Assembly: GCA_002104905.1 (NCBI GenBank)
Contig: MCFE01000429.1
Span: 1-64,000, forward strand
Direction of reading: 5' to 3'
From: Basidiobolus meristosporus CBS 931.73
Taxonomy: Eukaryota > Fungi > Basidiobolomycota
Length of the DNA: 64,000 nt
Below the pieces are notes generated by a model. It did no database searches. It was not told the origin of the DNA and was given only the letters and a program-made list of their open reading frames with translations. Shown piece after piece: positions 40,188 to 51,854 of the stretch. Position 1 is the stretch's first letter. The number at the start of each line of letters is the position of its first letter. A program made the translations under genes and the position numbers.

Positions 40188-41846
40188 TTATTCGGATTTC
40201 TTTTTCTTCTTCTTGTCCTTCTTCTCCTTTTTTGTGTCCTCTTCAGCCTCGGCCTTTCTCTTCTTGTCCTTTTTCTTGTCCTTCTTCTCCTTCTTAGTAT
40301 CTTCGTCATCGGATTCTGCCTTTCTCTTCTTCTCCTTCTTCTCGCTCTTGGGAGTCTCCATGCTGACTTCATCGGAGGTGGATTTGGAAGGAGTAGTAGG
40401 AACAACTGCATCGGTCTTGGTGTTGTAGGTGCTCACATTGCTGTTTGGCTCGAACTTCTTTTGTCCTTTGGGTGTCTTGTTGGGAGTTCTGGCGGCACCA
40501 GCAGCGAAGCGGCCCTCCAATTGACGAAGACGTGCCTCGACCTTAGCACGGTTCTCCATACCAACCTCAGGGGTATCTTTGTCACCGAGGGCGTCAACAC
40601 GAATAGAGATGGCAGCCTTAGTAGCAAGCATACGGGCAATCTTGCCCTTCATCTTAGGGCCGGCTTGGCCGATCAAGGAAGCGTGGTAGATCAAGCCGTA
40701 CTTGGGGGTATCGTGCTTAGTTTTGAGGGCTCTGAAGAGGGCCTTCTCGGCACCAAGAATCTGGACGGTAGAAGCGGGGTGCTTGGCGAGGTTCATAAGG
40801 GAACCGGCGTGGGCAATCAAACGGGCACCGACCAACTCACCAACAAGAGTAGTGAGATTGGGTGCGATGGCAACCATACGGTTCTTGAGGTACTCGTAGA
40901 GCTGGGTACGATATTCGGTGATAGAGATAACTTGCTCACACAAGTGAGTAATGTTCATAATATCCTCATCGGAAATTTCGGTACCCATGGAGATTTCGGC
41001 GGCATCCTTTAACTCCTTTTCAAGCTCTTCAGGGAGAATAGTCGAAAGATCGGTCTTAGAGGCGTTGGTACGGAAACCCATAGCCTTGACAACACGAGCA
41101 AAGGCCAAGTTATCGACAATGATCTTGGCCATTTCAGGGAAATGCCAACCGTACCATTCCTTGGCACGCATAGCATAGGTGTTCAACTCTTTGTCCAAAT
41201 CATCGAGAAGGGCAATAGCTTGAACGATCATGGTATCGACCTTATCGGGGGAGAACTTGAGCTTATAACGAGAGAGGGAATGAGAAAGACCGAGAGCCAT
41301 AGCATTCATATCCGACTGAGGGATACCAGTCAACAGGGAGGAGATTTGGCTACGGATACCACGATAAAGCTCATTAACGGTCGAGTCAGAGACAATCTTG
41401 ATGCCGAGTTTCTTGGAGATAGCACCACCTTGAATAACAACACGTTAGTATGCTGTGCAAAAAACCTCTCCGTGAAGTATATCACTCTACCAAGCTTAGA
41501 ATCGGCAACAATCAAGCTCTCCTTCTTCATCTCTTTCTCGCTAATCTCATCACTCAAAAACTTCTTCAAGCTTTTGTCGAGCTTACCCTCGACGATGGCG
41601 GTGGCAGCTGACAAGGCATCGATGGTATTCTCGAACTTTTGGAAAGCCTTCAACTTGATACTGGAACAAAGACATTCAATGTATGAGCTAAGGAAACGAC
41701 AGAGCATTACGGGTCAATACTTACGTTTGGTTGGCCTTCTCAGCAGTCTCGAATTCCTTATACAAATCATCAGGCTTTTCGATTTTGCCATCGTCAAGAA
41801 GCTTGAACAAGGCGTAACCAGCAGGTGTCTCGTGAAGTACTAACAT
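40188..41846 (-). CDS. NOP58: Box C/D snoRNP protein Nop58, 3 coding exons
   Basis: [66 protein letters not shown]-rich tail. Confidence 0.96.
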
Positions 41847-42501
41847 ATTAAAAAACGACTAGTGTATAATGGGAAACCAACACCGTACAGAGAAGTCAAA
41901 GCCAGCCGTTAGCCACAAGTGCCTTGATGTTAGGTAAGTACGAGAAAAAAAATCCGAAACGATGAAGAAAAAAAAGTCGCGAAAACAAAAAAAATTCCAA
42001 TGTACATGATTGGAATTAGAGATTTTTCGAGGGAATTTTGACCAGGCAACTCTATGTTCCAAGCCTTTTTTTGTGAATTTTTGCGATTCATGGTGAAATT
42101 TCATTTTCGTTTAGGTGATCGTTAGAAAAGTTTATCACCCAAATAGCCTTGTGGAAGATTCATTGGGCCGACTCCTGCCCCCTACCGGATTTAAACTTTC
42201 TGGGTGACCTCTTTAATTTATGTTCGATATGCAAATATGCTGTAGAAAAGTTCGCTAGAACAGGTCATTTCTCCAATGGAAAAGACAGTCCAATAGGATA
42301 TTTGGTAAATCCCACTCCGAATATTGGTTAACTTGAGGGATAAAGAATGATAAAGAATGCGGAAATCTAGTTACTGGTGATCACTCTAAACAATCAGAGT
42401 ATCCCATTGTGAATAGCTAGCAATAACTGTTTTTATTGACTTCAACATGCAAGGAATCCAGTGCATCGCAAGTACAAGCAGATAAGCCGAATGTGGGTGA
42501 T

Positions 42502-42964
42502 TTAAGACTCCATCAATTCACGGAGACGACGGACAGTACTGCGGACAGTAGCAGCGGCGGTGGTAGAGACAGTCCAAGCACCTCCAGCCATGACCTTGCG
42601 ACAGCCACGGCATTCCCAGATACCGACAGATTGGCGTTTGACAGCATCCTAGAAAAGCTATGATTAGCAACGGCAGCCAACATAGATGAGCGATCTAAGG
42701 CAGCATACCTTTCCACAGAAGGTGCAGGTGTACTTGGCGTGCTGGGTAATTTCCATCTTCTTCACTTGCTTACGAAGGGAAGCACCATAACGGGTACCGT
42801 ATTTACCAACAACTCCAACCTTTTTAGTACGTTTAGCCTAAAGTCCAATGATGCATTAGGTCTCTGCTGTGTTAACTTGGGCAGTTCTATCGCTTGACAC
42901 TACGCTAGGCTGTGATACGCAATGGATGGTGCAAGCATGAGGTATTGATGAGTATACTAACCAT
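42502..42964 (-). CDS. RPL43: 60S ribosomal protein eL43 (L37a), 3 exons
   Basis: ATG at 42964, intron, then [23 protein letters not shown]...CTFCGK|[16 protein letters not shown]...GGAW. Not in the ORF track. Confidence 0.97.
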
Positions 42965-43394
42965 TTCGAAGATTAACTAAGAAAGGATGCAAAAGGCAGT
43001 TTCATCAGAGCCTTTCTCTCTTTTGATGGATTTCGACTAGCCCAATCTCCATGGATCGTGTCTGCCAATGAATCTTGGCTAAACGATAATGGCTGTATTT
43101 GGAATTGTCTGGATAAATGGGAGAAATTTTTGAATCTCAAGAAGCCCTGACGAATGGGGTGCTGGCTTGGGTCTTACTATTTATTTTGTGATACATAGTG
43201 TGATATGGACTAGGTTCACTACACGTTATAATACAAGAACAAAGATGAAATGGATTGGCAGTAAATTAGTCTGATGAAATAAAAAAACCAGTGTTGGTTG
43301 CAGCAAGTTGAAACGGACGTGGTGAAAAAGGGGAGCGGGGTCTTGTGTAAGATTCAGCAGATATATACAACTTGTACGGGATGAACTGTGCGTA

Positions 43395-44426
43395 CTAAGA
43401 GATCGTCTGGAATTGCGGCTCAGTTCGAAGCAAAGGGGGATGGCGTCTCGCTGAAGAGCGTGTGAACCGGCCAGGAATGAAGATATTTTCATCCACAGTG
43501 TATCGGTTGTTGTCGGGCCGAAGCAACAAAATAATTCCATCACTACATGATATGGCAACAGCATGGAGATTGAGCTCCCCATAGCTTGGCGAGAGGAAGA
43601 CGATAGGAAAAGAGGTCATCGACTGGTGTGATTTGATGGTAAAGAATGCGTGATCTACAGTGCACATATCCTCTGGAAGAATATACGAAAGGAGCGGTAC
43701 ACCGATCATCTCCTCCGGCAATATGCCCAGTAGAGTCTCTGCAGCTTTGGATGCAAACAAGATGGCATGCCGGAGAGTAAAACGATTGATAATAAGGCAC
43801 ACCCTTGGCTCGGGTGTGAGGTTTCGAAAGGCCTGTTCGAGATTAGGGTATTTTATCAAAGAAATCGGTCTATTAAACGAATCCTAGTAGGCAAGTTCTT
43901 GTTAGGCTTTTGAAAATCAACTTGGTGGGTGGAAATGTTCAATACCAGTGTTTCTAGACCCTCGCTACAAACTACGGTTCTCTCGATCGAGGCTCCTCGT
44001 TGGTACGCTAAAATACAGAGTTTAAGGATTAATCACGCTGCAGCCGTGCGATACGTATCTCGTGGGCGGCTTGCACCAGTACTTACGTATTAATTGACAT
44101 TTGAAGCGGGGTGGGCCGGTTATTAATGAATAATATACCACTATCATATCGTGGCATATTACTCCAATTAGTTCGATGTATACGTGAAATCCCTCCTTGT
44201 GTCGTGCTCTACATAAAACGACCGAGAAGAGTTTGTCCTCTTTCAGTGCTGCGTGGTACACTGTTTTTACGCCTTCCTTATCGTCAGGATGATATAGGAA
44301 GTCCCATTTGAGCCCGATTACTTCTTCAGGCTTGAACCCTAACACCTCGTATATATTGTCAGAAACAAAAAGAACGGTCGCATCGGGTGCGTATTCTAAG
44401 AAGAGCATGAAGTTGGGTTCTATCAT
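43395..44426 (-). CDS. Tandem PAS-domain protein with no recognisable output domain, 2 exons
   Basis: PAS1: VLFVSDNIYEVLGFKPEEVIG...HPDD. PAS2: ILFASKAAETLLGILPEEMIG...ILPED. Intron donor GTAAGT near 44087. Confidence 0.8.
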
Positions 44427-44954
44427 GACGGAGACTCTCTTTAGAATGAGCAGAAGGTACTAGATTATGTGGCTAGGTAGCTAATCGTCAGAGGAGGTAA
44501 TGATTCTGGAAGTGGGAAGAGGGTATGTCAACGTTCCAAGGAGTCAAGGATCAATTGCAATTTGATGGGGAGCTAAAAATAAGGATAAATTAGGCCGGAC
44601 TAATTACTGTCCACTTGATTCGGATGAGAAACCATCAAGCTTATCGATATAGAAATAAGCATCAAAAGCTCTGACCGTATTGCTACTTTGATAATTAATT
44701 TCCCCGGCGATTGGGTGGACAAGCAATCGAGAGAATCTTCGCTACACCTAACCCTACCGTGTTGAAACAGGAACTGTGTCCCTCAGTCACTTGATCCTCA
44801 AAAAAATCTAGAGGGGGCACGAAAAGAGTTCTGTATTACATTGAATTTCCAATCTGAGTATTGTGAAGACACAGGAATGTTGGAATTTATTTCGTTCTGT
44901 TTCTCTGTACAGAGTAGATGAAACCAAAAAACCTGAATATGAATAGACATGATA

Positions 44955-45554
44955 TTAACGGTTAGATTTGGCGACACGCTCCAACTCGTCCTTCTTCTTG
45001 ATAGCATAGGAGTTGGAGGATCCCTTGGCAGCATTGATAAGCTCATCAGCCAAGCATTCAGCAATGGTCTTGACATTTCTGAAGGCAGACTCACGAGTAC
45101 CAGTGGTCAAGAGGTGGATAGCTTGGTTGACTCTTCTCAAAGGAGAAACATCAACAGCTTGTCTACGGACAGTTCCAGAGCTACCAATACGGGTAGAGTC
45201 TTCACGAGGGCCAGAGTTGATGATGGCGTCAATGAGGACTTGGATGGGGTTTTGGTCAGTAAGAAGGTTGATGATCTCGAAGGCGTGCTTGACGATGCGA
45301 ACAGCCATAAGCTTCTTGCCGTTGTTACGACCGTGCATCATGAGAGAGTTGGTCAAACGTTCAACAATGGGGCATTGGGCCTTTCTGAACTTCTTGGTAG
45401 CATATCTGCCAGCAGTGTGGGGCAAATAAACAGGAGCACGGACTTGAAGGTAGTCGGTCAAGGAGATGTCCTTGATCTCGAGATCTTCATAAGACCATTT
45501 GTTGAAAAGCATGATGCCTTGAGCATCTCCAGTGATTTCAGCAGGAAGAGCCAT
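44955..45554 (-). CDS. RPS5: 40S ribosomal protein uS7 (S5); 5'UTR intron at 45567..45624
   Basis: [47 protein letters not shown]. Confidence 0.98.
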   Translation of the reverse strand: MALPAEITGDAQGIMLFNKWSYEDLEIKDISLTDYLQVRAPVYLPHTAGRYATKKFRKAQCPIVERLTNSLMMHGRNNGKKLMAVRIVKHAFEIINLLTDQNPIQVLIDAIINSGPREDSTRIGSSGTVRRQAVDVSPLRRVNQAIHLLTTGTRESAFRNVKTIAECLADELINAAKGSSNSYAIKKKDELERVAKSNR

Positions 45555-45624
45555 GGTTCCTCGGACCTAGGTGACAACTTGGTGAGATGGATGCACATGA
45601 AGAATTCTTGATATTCCGACTTAC

Positions 45625-45944
45625 CGAACAAAACAGAGGTTAGAACCAACAGGGAAAGAAGGTTCCCCGACCAAATCACCCAAGCATTTCTAACAGCAAT
45701 CTCAGTTTTGGGGTGCACCCCTCGATACTTCAGTTTTTTTTCTTTTTTTCCCTGAAGATCTTATTCAACAATTTAAGCACCATCGGCGCATTTCGCCTAG
45801 AAATATGGTGCCGTTGATGAATGCGATTTGATTGGCCGCATCGGTTTTTTTCATAGATGCAGGTTGTTGATTCAAATTGGTAGAGGTTGCGGCATTTCAC
45901 ACTTCCTATTCCTCTTCGGATCCTTAGTAACACTTCAATACAAC
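45625..45944. promoter_or_regulatory. Probable bidirectional promoter between RPS5 and RPS29
   Basis: Divergent ribosomal protein genes with only about 390 bp between start codons, including the RPS5 5'UTR intron. Confidence 0.7.
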
Positions 45945-46177
45945 ATGGCTCACGAAGCTGTCTGGTTTTCTCGCCCCCGCAACTTTGGCAAAGGTTCCCG
46001 CGAATGGTAAGCAATCTCGCTCTTATCATGTTGATGACTTTCCCTTGACCATAAACATCACGTTGTAGCCGCGTATGCACCCACCGCGCCGGTCTTATCC
46101 GCAAGTATGGTTTGAACGTATGCAGACAGTGCTTCCGCCAATACGCTAGCGATATTGGCTTTGCCAAGTACCGTTAA
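45945..46177 (+). CDS. RPS29: 40S ribosomal protein uS14 (S29), 2 exons
   Basis: [21 protein letters not shown]|[35 protein letters not shown]. Confidence 0.97.
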
Positions 46178-47818
46178 GGATTTCGAACGACATTGCTACA
46201 TGTAGGGAAGGCGGCTGTTAAGCGGTTCCCTAGGTCAATCCACGAGGCTTTCTCCTTAATAAAATCATGGTTTACCACATAACCCGTGAATCAATTGGAT
46301 ATATCAGTGTGTAGTAGATGAATGTACACACTTGATTAATCGATGGGTGCTCGATGCGACACAACGGTAGTCATCCCGGGCCGGGTCAGGTGCCTAGTCA
46401 ATCCATGGAAATGAAGTTGTACAACTGGCAACCTATATACGTGAGATCCTCGCAGAATGGTAGTCGCTCGAGAGGCACACAGCCCAAAAGGGCCGGAGTC
46501 TCTTCTGGATGGGAGCGTGGGTTCGAAAACATCCTAAATGGACTTGGTTGCCACCTGATACATATTTAGAACCATTGTTTGAACCAGCAATCATGTAAAG
46601 CGGCTGGATCCTCGTAATCCATCGGCCCCGAGTCCCCAATCAGAACAACTTGAGACTCCGATATGATAATCTAGATATTGCTGGAATAGCCTAAGGGAGC
46701 ATAATCCATTCGTGCGTGCCGTCTGGTGTCCCTCGTAGTCGCAAGTACGTGTTGGAACCTCCTGGAAAGGAGGATCTACCAATCATGTGGCCACTGGCCG
46801 CTCATTACGAACCTGAATGAATATGCCTTGTGTGCGGATATAGTCGTAGCCTAGCCATATGACAACTCAGCTCAGCTGGTGAATCACCACCGGTGCTGAA
46901 ACATGAAGCGACCATGTCTGGGTAGTCGCACAGCCATTCCATATTTGTTTGAGAGGATATATTATGTGTTTCTCTCATCTCGGAAATTTGATGCCCCATC
47001 CCGGGCTGATTGGACGCGAAGCACCCTTCTGTTTCTATTTCGATTTTCTTTCTTTCTCGACTAGTTTGCAGCCCATTCCATCCACTCCCGACCCTCTGAT
47101 GATGTCATCGCACCATACCATCAAGTGGTGTGCCATGTCTGCGGTAGGATGAGGTAATCGCACAGTGGATTACATCATTATGCTTGGATGAAAGGCACAT
47201 TTGAGAAGAATGAGTTACTTGGCCTTGTTGAATGGCGCACATGGAATGAATGTCGCTGCATATTCCATGGAGGTGATAAATCGCATTGAGGCGTGCTGCA
47301 TCTAGCCATTGCATCGCCCATCATTTGGTGCTTCAGCGAATCATCAAAACAGCCCTGAAATGGTCGGAAGGAAAGTGTGGGGAAATGTAGTCCATAGAAG
47401 GGACTGGTATGGGCGTGGTACAAACACCCAGTAAGGACAAGATGAGGGATATGGCCATTTCGATGGATATCAATCAAAGAGCTTTTACGCTTTATATGTA
47501 AAGGCTGGAGAAATCGACATGTATCACAGAAAAAATTCCCTATTCGTAAGGCCGTATCGAATTGTCTTATTCTCGAATACACTGATTGGCCGAGCGGGAA
47601 TCAGAGGAGGAAATGAATTGATAGAATGCTTACTAAATGCAGTGATGCGCTAGAATCCGATCCAATATATAAAGGATCCCATCTCTCATGATGATATCAC
47701 AATTTCCTACCCGCTTGACTTTTTCTTTCGTCACTCCCTTTGATATTCCTAAAATTAACTTCCATTGTTATTGTTCGACAATTTTGAGGTCGTATCCAAT
47801 TCAATTCAACACTTACCA

Positions 47819-48801
47819 ATGAGCGAAACTGCATCACGACTTGGTCTTCCACGTTCTGATTTTCCTGAAGGTACCTTGATCGCAATACGAACCATCCCAT
47901 CAACCCCATACTAATCGCTCTTTCAGCTGACGTCGGTGCCCCCACCCCTACGCGTTTTCTGTTAGAATGTGGTGAATACAAATTAACCCCTAGCCTCTCT
48001 GCCCTCGGTGAGATAAACCCGTTCGAGGCTAGTTTTACTTCTTTGGGTGGCAAGAAGGAAGCCATCCTTCCAACCTCCAACTCAAATAGCAGAGATCTTG
48101 CTATTGAGAACACGAACCCACCACCTGCTTCCAGTGTCGACACTCCTGCAAATGGCCCCGAGCTAGCTCCGACGTCACAAACAGTCACCGCTCAACCAGT
48201 CTACCCACCAATACAAAAGTATATCACCACCACAAAATCGTCGGAGCCGGCTTCCGAAACGTCCAAGTTGACCGCCAAAGAGGTGGAGGATGGCCCACGG
48301 GACCAAGAGAATAGCTCTGATGATAGCCAGAGCAACAAACATGACAGATCCAGCGGCTACAAAAGAAAGGAATCAGACAACCCAGACAATGACGAGGAAA
48401 AGCGTCGGCGTTTCCTCGAGCGTAACAGGGTCGCCGCATCGAAATGCAGACAGAAGAAGAAGATGTGGGTCAAAGAACTGGAGCAGAAGTCCGAAGAAAT
48501 CACCACCAGAAATAAGGAACTTCAGCTGATGGTGAGCCAACTTAAGGAGGAGTTGCTTCAGCTCAAAAGTCAGCTCCTAGGGCATCGGAATTGTAATTGT
48601 AACGTTATCCAACAGTATGTCCAAACCAGTGGGCATTTTAGCCAGCTCCCATTAGACGTAAGCGGGCCAGGGTTGCGCGTTGCCGGCGGGCCAATGGTTG
48701 TCCCAGTACCGCCCGGAAATGTCTTGCCAACTCAACCAGCCTTCTCCAACCTACCACCGACGGGCACGGTGGTTGGAATACCACCATTTGTGAATAATTA
48801 A
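47819..48801 (+). CDS. ATF/CREB bZIP transcription factor (Atf1/AtfA-like), 2 exons
   Basis: N-terminal INPFEASF (Atf1-type motif) and bZIP EEKRRRFLERNRVAASKCRQKKK...LKSQLLGHRNC. Confidence 0.9.
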
Positions 48802-49087
48802 ATCATCGGAATATGAATCACCAGCGACCTTTATTTATTTCGATCATTTTTGTCGGCGTTCTTACACCCCCCCCCCCCCCGCTTGTAAATAATCACCTCA
48901 ATTAAAAGAAAAACCGTCACACTTTGACAACCTGGTTTCTCGGGGTTTCGCATCATAGAAGGTGACGGATATGAATAAAGACGAAACACTTTAATTCTCT
49001 GACGAACATAGCCATATGAATTACTCAATAAGGGATGAGGCAAATGGGGGCGGGGATGAGTGAAGTATGTTGAGGATCCGACTCGAC

Positions 49088-50570
49088 TTAAACAATCAAG
49101 TAGCTTAGGATATCGCTGAGAGATACGATTCCCAGGAGTTTATCCTCCGAGTCCACCACAATAAACCTACGTACTCGGGACTGACGGATGGTATCAAAGA
49201 TGGAGAGAAGTGTATCATTCAGGCGGCAGGTATGAACCCCCTCGAAATCCTGCGAAGTGGGGAAAGATCAGGATTCGGAGCATATGCGATCAGAGTGGGA
49301 GCTCTGTTACCTCTGGTCTTCTAAGCAAGGCCTCCTCTGCTGGCATATCGAGATCGTAGAAAGCTCCCTCGTAAGCCAGAATCTTCAGGGGGGGGGTCAG
49401 TGCTGATGCGAGATGGACTGAGGTAATGTGGGCCTTACCATTACATCGGAATGCTCGTATACATTCAGAACTGTATCTAATGTAGCTTATGTGTTAGTAA
49501 ACCCACGCCCGGTGCCGGCCAAACCCAGATTTTACACCCACGTACTGTTCTCGTTCACTATGGGGACGGCGGAGATATCTCTCTGGATAAATGTGTTGAT
49601 GATTTCGATGACGGGGGTGGACATCGTGGCGGTGGCCAGGTTCCGAAAAGTCCCAATCTTCAGTTCGGCCAGTGACTGGCAGAACAATCTTTTCTCCTTG
49701 TACTGAAGAGGGGTGGATTAGAGGTGATCTACTGACGAGGGCTGTACGTTTGGAGGGGAGGGGGAAATTACGTTGGAGGCGACGGATCTCAAGATCCGGC
49801 TCTGTGTTAGCACTGCGATGATCACATCGTGGCCAGTTTCGGAGTCTTTCTCCACAAGTGCCAAGCGTTGGAGATTGGCGCCCACCATGATTTTGGACGC
49901 ATGGTACAGGGAGTCCGATGGGTGAGCAAAGAGGACCGCTGGCGTAGGAACCCCTAGTTGCTCCTCGATGCCTAGAGTGGTATTGGAACAAGGGCGCCTG
50001 CTCAGTATCAACGAGTGTTGTTTACATAAACATATCTACCTCGAAGCGAGTGGATTTTTAACTGTTCTATTTCCTCCAGAGCTTCGGTGTACGAGGAGTG
50101 CTGGTAGAAGTATTGAATCAAATTAATGAAATCAGCAACCGTCAGCAAACCGGCAAACGCACGCTCCTGCGGGTCCCATATTGGTGCCGAAGCCACTCCT
50201 ATCACAGGTCGGGGGGGGAAGTAAATTCCGTGAGTTTCCCAACTACTCAACGGCTAACCGTACCAGCAACCGGAAACTAACCATTCTGCAACAACGCGGC
50301 CAGGGCCTTCTTCACCAGTAGTCCAGAATCCAAGACTATGGCCCGGAAGCTTATGGGCAGCACATCATAGCACTGCTGCTGCTTTAAGTAGTGACTCAAA
50401 ATCTGGGCCACTTGGTTTTCTTCCAAGCCACCCCCTCCCTGTGTCGGCGGACCCTCTAGGAGGCTTTCGGTTGATTTCCCGCCTGGACTAGGGGAGGAGA
50501 GAGTCGGCGGCGTAAGGGATTGATCGGGATCCATACTTTCCAGAACTCCCAACGAAGTTTTGCTTTTCAT
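49088..50570 (-). CDS. SNF4: AMPK/SNF1 gamma subunit (four CBS domains), divergent, about 7 exons
   Basis: CYDVLPISFRAIVLD...VKKAL, SAPIWD...FAGLLTVADFINLIQY, ISAVPIV, EGVHTC, DKLLGIVSLSDILSYL. Confidence 0.88.
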
Positions 50571-50966
50571 CTCAGTCAACTATTCAGAACGCACTGAAGC
50601 TGAAGGTGTGGTGGAAGAAACGAGTAAGCTACAGGAGTGTTAGGCTGTTGTTGAACAGGTAAATAATCCATTTCATACTAGTAAACCATGGAGATGATCC
50701 GATTTCGATGCAACCAGTCAAGGGCAATGGCTGGGTTCCACGAATACGATAATATTGCCCAAGCTTTGGTTGTGTTACACCGTATAGAATCCGATAAATT
50801 GAGAGTACATCGATTTCCTCACTCGATCAAAAGAGAAGAGTGATCGTCGAATTTATTGGGGGGGGGGATTTCTTACGGGATGAATTGGAATGATGATGGT
50901 GTATATTAAACGTGGGAGCGTGAAAGGGGATGTGAAAAAGCTCTACTTGAAACACGCCAAAGCGAC

Positions 50967-51417
50967 TTACTGAAGCCCCGCGAAAAGCTTGGGTGCAACC
51001 TAAGGAATGTCCATGTGTGGTGAGTGACCGAGTAGAACACGTCAATAACGGTGCAGAATGGGACTTACGCAGGCGTCAATGCAATGCTGTAAATGGAAGA
51101 ACTCCTCGACGCAGTTCTCGTTGGAGCCGTTGGCGACTCTGGCAGCACATTCCTCAAGATGGTGCTTGGAGCTGGCGCACTTGGCGGATTCAGAGCACTC
51201 TAAATGTATAGATCAGTAGGGTTAGCTCCTGTCACTACGGAACCAAAGTCAACGGGAAACCCGGGTATGAACCTTCTTCAAGTTGGGGCTTGATATCCTC
51301 AGGCTCTTCCTCCTCCTCTTCTTCTTCTTCCTCCTCAACCTCTTCAGGTTGTTCCTCGACTTCTTGCTCTTCGGCAAAGACAGTGGGGAAAAGTTCTTCG
51401 AGGGCTTTGAATAACAT
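50967..51417 (-). CDS. QCR6: Cytochrome bc1 complex subunit 6 (hinge protein), 3 exons
   Basis: Acidic poly-Glu N-terminus, EDIKPQLEE|EC...KHHLEECAARV...ENCVEEFFHLQHCIDAC|VAPKLF. Confidence 0.95.
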
Positions 51418-51854
51418 GGCTGGAGAGTGGAGTGTTCGGGTGAATGAAACGACTGAGAGAAGTGAGTGCGGTTCCTCGAAAAACCCAAGATTTTTTCAAC
51501 AAAATCCTTTTGATACAGAGAACCGGGGGGACTTTGGGTTTGATGGGAATCAGCTGGATTTTGGGGTGATCGTCCGATTTTCCCCACATGAATTTTTTTT
51601 GTTGGCGCGCTTATTGGATTGGGGTCCGCGAGGTGTGGTGGTCACCAACCTGGAGCCCCAGATGTAATGGGGATTCGGCGTGATGGGTTCGATATGTAAA
51701 CAGCCTTTATTCAGTTCGGTTAATCTGGGGTGTAAACTGTGAAGTTTGGTTAAGTGATGGGTTATTTACAACGGATGTGACAAACAGAATCTTCGCTGAA
51801 CAGTGACATGCTATTTGGATGGGGAGGTTGGCTGTGTTCGGCAGGTCCGGAATT

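Noticed and set aside
40068-41012. 314-aa ORF antisense to NOP58 (and similar ORFs opposite RPS5, CDC48 and MGM1)
   Set aside because: Expected from codon bias in highly expressed genes. The hydrophobic run simply mirrors the KKE tail.
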